From positions 5,518,001 to 5,582,000 of the forward strand of contig NC_135761.1 of NCBI RefSeq assembly GCF_052425735.1: a stretch of DNA of 64,000 nt, written 5' to 3'. A program made the translations under genes and the position numbers. Shown here piece by piece: positions 56,301-64,000 of the stretch (its first letter is position 1; the number at the start of each line of letters is the position of its first letter). This DNA comes from Oculina patagonica. Taxonomy: Eukaryota. The notes beneath the pieces were generated by a model. That model ran no database searches. It was not told the DNA's origin and saw nothing but the letters and a program-made list of their open reading frames with translations.

Positions 56301-59300
56301 GTCAAGATGCATACTTTCCTCGGCGGTTATGGCATCACTGAAAATCCACGTGCGATCGCGGACGCCTTGTTTGTTTGTTTCTTGTAGAAAAGCCCTTCCA
56401 TACCCTCCTGACAACCACACAATAACTACACCAATGTTCCGTTGTTGTTTAAGCTTGAAAACAATTTGGCCGAGCTTTTCGTTGTAGTCGAGTCGCGGGA
56501 CAAACTCGGAGAAAGCAATACAGAAACTTCTACGCCGGTAAACCTCTCTTTCCACTGCCCAGACGCCTTGTCGTCCGTACGAGTCGTCAAGTGCTACAGC
56601 GGCGACATACGTCCAATTGAAATGTTCAATGATGTCCGCCATAACTTTAGCTTGCCATGTGTCGCTGGGGACTGTGCGGAAAAAGTTTCGGTACATCTTG
56701 GAGCTGAGCTCGTGGCTCGTTGCCGTAGGGCTGATGGCAACGATGCCGTGTACTTGAAGAAGACTTCCCACCAGAACAGCGCTTATGGAGTCGTGCGGTC
56801 CTATAAGAGCCACAACCGGCGAGTGAGAAGAACCGTTTGTGCGTTTCTTCCCAGATTGACAATGCGGATCAGTGTTTTTAACCAAGTCGTAAGCCATCGT
56901 CATTGCCATGCCAGCGTTCTCGCAGTAATCGCGAATGTCGTAGCCGATAGTGACGTTTGGTAAAATGCTGGAGTCGTTGTTTATGCGCTCAATCGCAAAC
57001 AACATGGCCTCTACGTGACCAAGACCCATCGTGAACAGCTCGCCGCAGGTGTCGTTTGGTCCGTTTATGTGAACATCGAAAAGTCCTCCCAGTGTTATGT
57101 CCCCCGGCTTGAAGACTCGACTCTGATTAAACCTGGCGTCCATTCCATGGATATTTAAACAAAAAATTGCCAACGATACGAAGAGAAACATCGTGCAACT
57201 TCGCGTTACCTCAAGTGTGTCAGTACTTGGATGGAACTTGATCAGTTTTCAGTTTTGAGTGAATGCAAAAGTTATCTGTAGCTCTTTAGGAAGTGCAATG
57301 ACAAGAATTTGTTGACATAAATATTTTTTCATCAAAAAGGAAAAGCAATTATTTAAACACGAACACTAATGACTTTTCGCATTAGAACTCTGAGCCAAAA
57401 TAATTATTAAAAAAAAAAATAAATTTAGTTTCTTTGTGAAGCGTTTTTCTAGATACGGCAATAACATAAGCTTCACAACACTCTTCCAAATAGTGGCAAC
57501 AAATCGTGAAGGTTAAAAAATAGGACTACTGAAAAAAACATATCCTCGCATGACATTTTGAAAATATTTACATTTTCAGAGGTTTCTAGTTAAGAAATTG
57601 AATGCCTTTTGGTGCATTGCATGTTGTGTTTTCAATCTCGAACTTTACTAGGGTGGCTTCTTGTAAACTACAACTTAAAAAAAATATTACCAAATATGAA
57701 GATGTTCTACTGGTAAAAGGCCACTGTCATTTTACATTTCCGCTAGACTGAAATGTGGTTTTAACTGCAACCCACCCGTTAATTAGATGTCATTTCGTTA
57801 GCAATTTTAAGTAAATATTTTTTACCGAGTGGGGAACTCCATTAGCTTTCAATGATCGACAATGACCGTCTCACAATACTTGGGTTTTACAGCATTGATT
57901 ACAAGGAAGCCTAAAATATTACAAATTATATTTTGTCCGTACAGCTTTACAGTTTTGAATTTTTTAGAGATATTTTAAGCGCAGCGTATGTTGTATAAAT
58001 ATTATCTCGCGAGCAGGTGAATGTATAATATTACGTAAACGTTGGAAAACAAGACTTTTTGTCGCTGGGTTAACTTTGTTCCGAAAGGATAGCCCAAAAC
58101 AGAACACGATGGCGAGCAGTGGTTTCCGTGGACCTATGCTCCATGGGGAGCGAAAGGGTTTAAGTAAGTAACTTTGTTCCGGGAATGCTCACGTGTCGCT
58201 CACTTTCGAACACTTTCTTGATAAGAGACTATGACTCAAGTATTTTCAACCTTGATAAGAGGTTATGTCTGAAGTTTTTCCAACCTTGATAAGACATTGT
58301 CTGAACCATTTCCAACCGTTTAAACATTTCATTTCCGTTTATACACAGTGTTCGCGAATGAAAGTTGACGTGTGGGCTTTTTTATTAGGAATTGCGCATA
58401 AAAGTTTGGTGGAATATTTAATATTGCTCAACGTTGTCGAAAACGTGTTGAATGGGGGTGTCTTTGAAGACGTACTTCTCCGTTTCTCTTCGTACAAGAA
58501 TTCTCAATTTTGTCAATCTGTAGTTTCACGCTCGAACTGGCAATTCCCCCTTCTCTGATTGACACAATTTATTTTTGTTTGTTTTGAGAACTTAATAATG
58601 CATCATGTCAATATTCTCGCTGAGTGATGACGTTTTTTTTATCAGTTTTCATCACTGTCTTGATAAAGCATCTAGAAAGGCAGCTGCTGTGACCGACTGT
58701 TAAATCCTTTCTAATGAATCTAGAAACGATTCTCTTATTCCACCCCCACCCCTAAAATTTCCAATGTTGTACAGCTGCAAATAAACTGTTTACAGCCCTC
58801 TATTTTCTCGTATTTTTCTTGATCGTTGAACGCGGTTAAAGAATCGCTAGAGAACTGGACGCCAGCGAAAAACACGAGACGCTAGGAAATGTTGGTGGGG
58901 AGGGGGGGGAGGGGGAGGGGGAGAGGGAGGAGGGGAATGTAAGAAATTTCTGGGTCTTTTCGCTCGCCCATGCCCCGACCCCCTCGTGCTTCGCGCTTTG
59001 TTGTTTCTTTCTCGTTTTTTTGCGTTTAAAAATGGAGTATTTGCACAATATGAATATACGAATGGCTGCAACTAAAGGTGGCCCGCGGGTGTTGAGCAGC
59101 CTGACAGGTTCCCTAAAACGCGTTTTTAAGCAGGAAATCGTTAAGCGATCTCTAAATATCTTCCTGTTAAAAAACGCGTTTTAATAAGGAACTTGTCAGA
59201 CCAGTAAATACTCGCGGGCCACCTAACTGACTTCTGTCCTATGTTTAGTTTGCAAAATAATTTCAGATGTACTTTGCAAAATGACTTGTTTGTACTCTAG

Positions 59301-61022
59301 TACAATTGTCCACAAACTTTTGCACCAAGCTTGTGACTCATTCTTGATATGTTTTAATCAAGGTATTCAAGTGACGCAGTCCCTGATCACGTGACTATGA
59401 GAAGCCATTACATGCTCAAGTGTGCAGCGCTCATTCTCTTCTCGGTTCTCATGGGAGCAATGGCCACCATGAACTTCTCTCTCGCCTTCTTTGTCGCCAT
59501 GTTCCATGTGCCCGTGTATTTGTTCGTGACTCCTTCGTGTAGCAGGTGAGTTGACTATTTCTTTATTAATCATAACTATAACAAAATTCTCGAATCTGAT
59601 TGGTGTCCAATAACAAGGTTTGCGTGCCTCCGTTTTTTTTTTTTTGGTTCCTTATTGTGACTGAATACTCCTTGATATTCCCTTCAGAAACCTTCAGTTT
59701 CAAAAATGGCTTTTTTTCTCATAGTGATGATAAATCGTCAACAGGCTTCGTTTTTTGTCTAATTTTTTCCCTCAAATTTTGATAAATTGGGAACAGGACT
59801 TCGTGCCGTCTAATTCTGTCTGTAATCATACTCTTGATTAAACAAATCGGACTCCCGCTATGTAGTCGTCCGATTTTGTTAATCACTCGTATGATTACAG
59901 ACCAAATTGGACTCCGCTCAGTCCTATTACCATTATTAATCCTGTTTGTTAGTCTATGCTGTTTCCCTAGTCTGTCCTGTCTGTCCTGTTAAATGGAATT
60001 TAATTGTAGCGGTATCTTGTAAAGAAGATAACTCCTGGTGGCGCATCTTAAAGACATTAGGCTAAACGTTTAAAGTTCGTCATAGGAGAACTGTTCAAAA
60101 TCCTTGTTTTTCTTTTCTTATCGTAACCATCCACTTTTGGAAATAATTTGGGGGATTAGCAAGCGTACAACAAAACATACTCATAGCTACTTTCAACTGA
60201 AAACTGAGTTGGGAATGGCTTGTTTTAATGTATTGAATAAACATCAAAAGCACGGTGGCATTTATTATCCAGTTTCACTCACTAGAGTTCAAATAAAGCG
60301 CGTGGTATTTCTGAAGTTCTTTTTAATAAAACCTTCTGACAGCAAAAAAGCGCTAAGAACGGTTCAAAGTTAGGATTCGGAGAAAGAACTGGTTGGATAA
60401 TAAATCCCTCGCTAGATATTGTAGTGAAAAGTATCCGGCGATGTGTATTTTTATCTTGTCATTTGCATTTTAACTTGCCCTAAGGACTCACCAAAATAAT
60501 GCAAGACTCCAGTCTCGTAAAAACAGACAGTGACACTATAGATGGGTTTCACTCACGTGACAAGGCGGCCATGTTGGTGGACCGAACAATACAAAATGTT
60601 TGTGCAGAATTTGCATAAAAATAGAATTTAGTTCCTAACGGAGAGAAAGTCTATTGTTCTGGTCCACCAACATGGCCGCCGTAACATCACATGAAAACGA
60701 TCTTTCAAAAATCTTCGAAAGTAAACATAACATTCCTGTTTCTTTTTGTGCTTGCAGAACACGTCGTGTCATTCAAGCATTCCTGTTGCTTTTGGTGTCG
60801 CCTCCGATGATTCTTTTCCTCCTGTCTCTAGCATACAATGCATTAGTTTCCGAAAGTAACGCTGACATCAATTCTTTACTCTCATCGACTCTGGTCACTG
60901 TCTATCAATCCGTGACGTCATCTATTAGAGAAGCCCGGATGTTAGGCACGTGGTCCTTTGCTATGACGTGCCTTGGTATTTTACCAAACTGGCTCATGTT
61001 TTGGTGTCTAGCGTGGCGCTGA
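47343..61022 (+). CDS. GPAA1: GPI transamidase component GPAA1 (Gaa1), 10 coding exons
   Basis: Exons 47343-47416, 48153-48335, 48921-49174, 49989-50090, 50196-50392, 50986-51182, 51891-52218, 53103-53305, 59363-59545, 60758-61022. MGLLSD start, [90 protein letters not shown]. Confidence 0.95.
53917..53953 (+). ncRNA. Minimal type I hammerhead ribozyme in a Penelope-like pLTR remnant (53883-54006)
   Basis: tccc-c-CTGAAGA-a-GGCA-gcat-TGCC-GAAA-CGTC-ggga: catalytic core, 4-bp stem II, palindromic ACGT stem III and GUC cleavage triplet. The remnant is flanked by the direct repeat accacaaaacat (53871-53882, 54007-54018). Confidence 0.72.
54611..57191 (-). CDS. Intronless class C GPCR (CaSR/mGluR-like: Venus flytrap, cysteine-rich domain, 7TM), nested in GPAA1 intron 8; one frameshift
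   Basis: Signal peptide, [101 protein letters not shown]. The two ORFs join into ~860 aa if one base of the C4 run at 55982-55985 is removed (PGGKCPRV). Confidence 0.92.
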
Positions 61023-63231
61023 GCAGTTGACCGGAACTTTGTAAAACATTTTTTCTACTTTTAACAAGAAACGGTCGTCTATGTACTGAGCAACAGAGCA
61101 ATGTTGAGCAGAAAACGCTCTGTCGAAATCGCGAAAATAGGCCCAGGTACATTTCAAGCGTTAGCACATTTGTAACATTTAGAGGACTTAAATTAAGAAA
61201 CTAACATGCAATCGTAATTTACACCACATAACCTCAGTGCAAAAGCCGTTTGCCGGCGGACTTGGAAATGAATTGAAACTGGGTGAAACAGTCTTAACTA
61301 TCCTTGTTTCTTTTTGATGTAATATATCACACACGAGAGACGGTGTTTCATCGGGATACCCAAACAGCGAGAAGAGAGTTGAAAATACGACGCGCAGTGG
61401 AGTATTTTTTGACGAAATTCGTGGTGTTTGGATAGGCGATAAAACTCTGTCTCGAGTGGTTGATGTATCTTTTCAATCGAAACAAAAACTAAAGAGTAAA
61501 CGGTGAAATAAAATTGTAAGAAAACCTCCAAACCTCCTTCCCAGATATGATTTACTTTGTTTTAACTTGATGAATTATTAATGAGTTTGAGAAGTATTGT
61601 TAGTTCCCTGTTTTTCTTGTAGCTTGGTAAACTATTATTTCGAAGTTTTCTTCGATGTGTAATATTTTTTAACCTAATGTGGTATCTTACCAAAAAAGCG
61701 CTGTTAGTCATTAACTGTTGTGTGTTGTATGATGAAATAAGAGACGAGAAATGTGACAAAGTTTATTAAAATATCGTCGACTTTCAAGTTATGAAAACAT
61801 GATCAGAGGTAAAATTTATGAATTTAAAGTTGCGCCTGCGCGGGCCGTTTTAAGCGCCTTTTTAACTGATTTAGCGGCCCGAAGTCTCTATTACCGGGTT
61901 GTGTTCCCGGGGGCTAAATCAGTTAAAAAGGCGCTTAAAACGGCCCAAGCAGGCGAAGAAAAGCAACAATTGAGTCGATACATGTTTCATTCAACTTTAT
62001 TGAGATATTTAGAGCGAAATGTAGTTTAGATATGCAATTTCAAGAGCTTTATTTCAGTAGCCCTTATAGATTTCAAAATTTCTTTTGTTTATCTCGTGTC
62101 AACAACAATAATTAACTACGAACACATAGGGTGGTCTGCCTGTGGTAAAACATATTTCAAAAAATGTTAGGAACTGTCATTAAAAACAGAAAATTCTAAT
62201 TTGGTCAAATAGTTGCCATGGAGACGTCAAATTTCTTCAAAATTGTCGCCGAATAAAAGTTTAAGATATAGTTAGAACGTTTGGTGGGTTTTACTTAAAA
62301 TTAAAATAAAAAAATTTACAAAGTTCATGGAAACAAATTCCTTCAACCCACGTCCAGGTAGTGTAAGAGTAAAAACAAAAGGGCTTCTATTTTCTCTTCT
62401 GTTGTTGTTTTTTTTACTTGTTTTACGACAATATTAGAATCAGTCTTCTCGTACTGAATTAAGAGAAGACTCTGAAGCCGCTGTTGCTGTATTACAAGAA
62501 GAAAGGATGTCAGTCTTCAGGAAGAGTTGAGCACAAGCCAGCTAGAACAACATGCAGTTAAAAGACATGCCTTGTATGCATGGAAATCGAAATTTACATG
62601 GTAGTCCTTCGTCAATATTACTACTCTACCAAAATGAGATTTCAATAAACATAAATATGCTTATTTATTTATGAACTGTGGCACCGTATGTATTACTGAA
62701 CCGATCCAACAAAATAAGTAATCGACGGATAGTGGACATTATTCCAAATTTAAATAAACATTAAAATTCTGGAACTCTATCTTTTCGTCTAGCTCTTATT
62801 GCCAAAAGATAATCTGAACGCGAAAATCGAATGTTGCCAGCAAACTTTCCAGAACATCAAAGGCATTGACTAAAATTAATCCAAGTATGCAAAACGGAAC
62901 ATATACAAAGCGCCCAAAGAAAAACCATCAATTATCGTTTTCAATTAATTTAAAATTAAAAAACTGCAGCATGGGAACTCTGCCCCTTATATGAGCTTAA
63001 ATTATTTTTTATATATCCCGCACAGTACTTCTATTTAGGTGTCATTAAAACGAAACGAAACATATGCTCAGAGCATGGTTAGATACCGCAATTCAATACA
63101 CGATAAATAGTTCCCTCAATGCCATCTCTGCCCTCTTTGATATAACTAAGAAGTGAGATTGATACTTTTGGAACAAGCCTAGAATTTCTAGAAATTCTGT
63201 CTGACAGACAGAAATAAAAACAGGACAACAA

Positions 63232-64000
63232 GATCGTAAAAGCTACCGGGTAGTACGATAGTGCGGATAAAAGTAAGATGTACATGGAGAACCCAATACG
63301 TCTGGCCTCGTTGAAGTTTTCGGGGAAATTCCTGACCCTGAAAGCGTAGTACGCACATAACAGCGACAGTAAAAATCCGTATGAAATGTTAGCCAGTAAA
63401 ATGTATTTCCCAGTAAGTGTACTGTGTGCCTTGCAAATGATTGAAATGTGTTGTAAATAAGTGATAGTGGTTTCCTTGTACGGCGGGCCTAGAGAAAGCC
63501 ACGCAGTTGTCAGGCTGATCTGTACAGCTGAGAGAGACACCAGAAGAGCTCTCTGAGTGCTGGCCTTAGCGAGGAAAGGCTTAACATTCCGCGCAACGAT
63601 GTTGCCTTCAAATGCGCTCACAATTCGCATTGTTTTCACAAGAAGAACAGCGACGCACAGAATCCAAATGGTCATCCGGCCACAGTGGCTTAAACGGCAG
63701 GTGGCATCGGTGGACTCGGGCAGGTTCAGCAGCGAAAGGACAAACAATGAAGTGATTCCGGTTAAAAGTATCAAACTCATCTCCCTGTTTGAGGCTTTGG
63801 CTACAGGCGTGTTAAAATACCGTACAAAAATACCCCATGTGAATAGCGACAAAATAAGACCAAAGCTAGCAAAAACCGTGATAATTACGCCACTAATGCT
63901 GTTTATTTGCATGCGTACTATCGGGAGCGCCGTGCAGCGCGTTCGCTCCTCGTTCGATCGCTGTCTGTGCGTGCATTCTGTGCAGTTCTTGGACCCGTGA
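63232..64000 (-). pseudogene. Second, near-identical class C GPCR copy truncated after TM6 (5' part outside the window)
   Basis: 63232-64000 aligns base for base with 54836-55604 with scattered substitutions; similarity stops at YPVAFTI and the ORF runs into unrelated sequence to a stop at 63079. Confidence 0.85.

Noticed and set aside
59077-61960. Hairpins at ~59077-59225 and ~61832-61956 as ncRNA or terminators
   Set aside because: Short palindromic MITE-like repeats with no ncRNA motif; ordinary for this kind of genome.

Overview
Eukaryotic, intron-rich animal genomic DNA; the repeat families and gene structures suggest a cnidarian, probably a stony coral (inference, not proven). Bases ~1340-14700 are a nest of DNA transposons. 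The outermost full-length member is a decayed hAT element (ZMYM1/P52rIPK-like transposase, 1669-14416). Its transposase gene has two small 5' exons encoding a PIP-box motif, and these can splice in frame either to the transposase exon or to an F-box/LRR exon lying in the transposase intron. This dual-product architecture is the most unusual thing I found. The rest of the window is a housekeeping cluster that I could reconstruct exon by exon: ADCK5 (-) head-to-head with NUDT21/CFIm25 (+), an intronless ARSB-like sulfatase (+), and CYC1 (-) head-to-head with GPAA1 (+). An intronless class C GPCR is nested antisense in a GPAA1 intron, with a truncated near-identical copy at the window end. Introns carry many MITEs and SINEs, a foldback element with 18-bp tandem-repeat arms, a tandem tRNA-like array and a minimal hammerhead ribozyme. 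Three stretches (about 3430-5950, 12650-12965 and 52430-52730) look like base-calling or assembly artefacts, and there is an N gap at 11207-11335.
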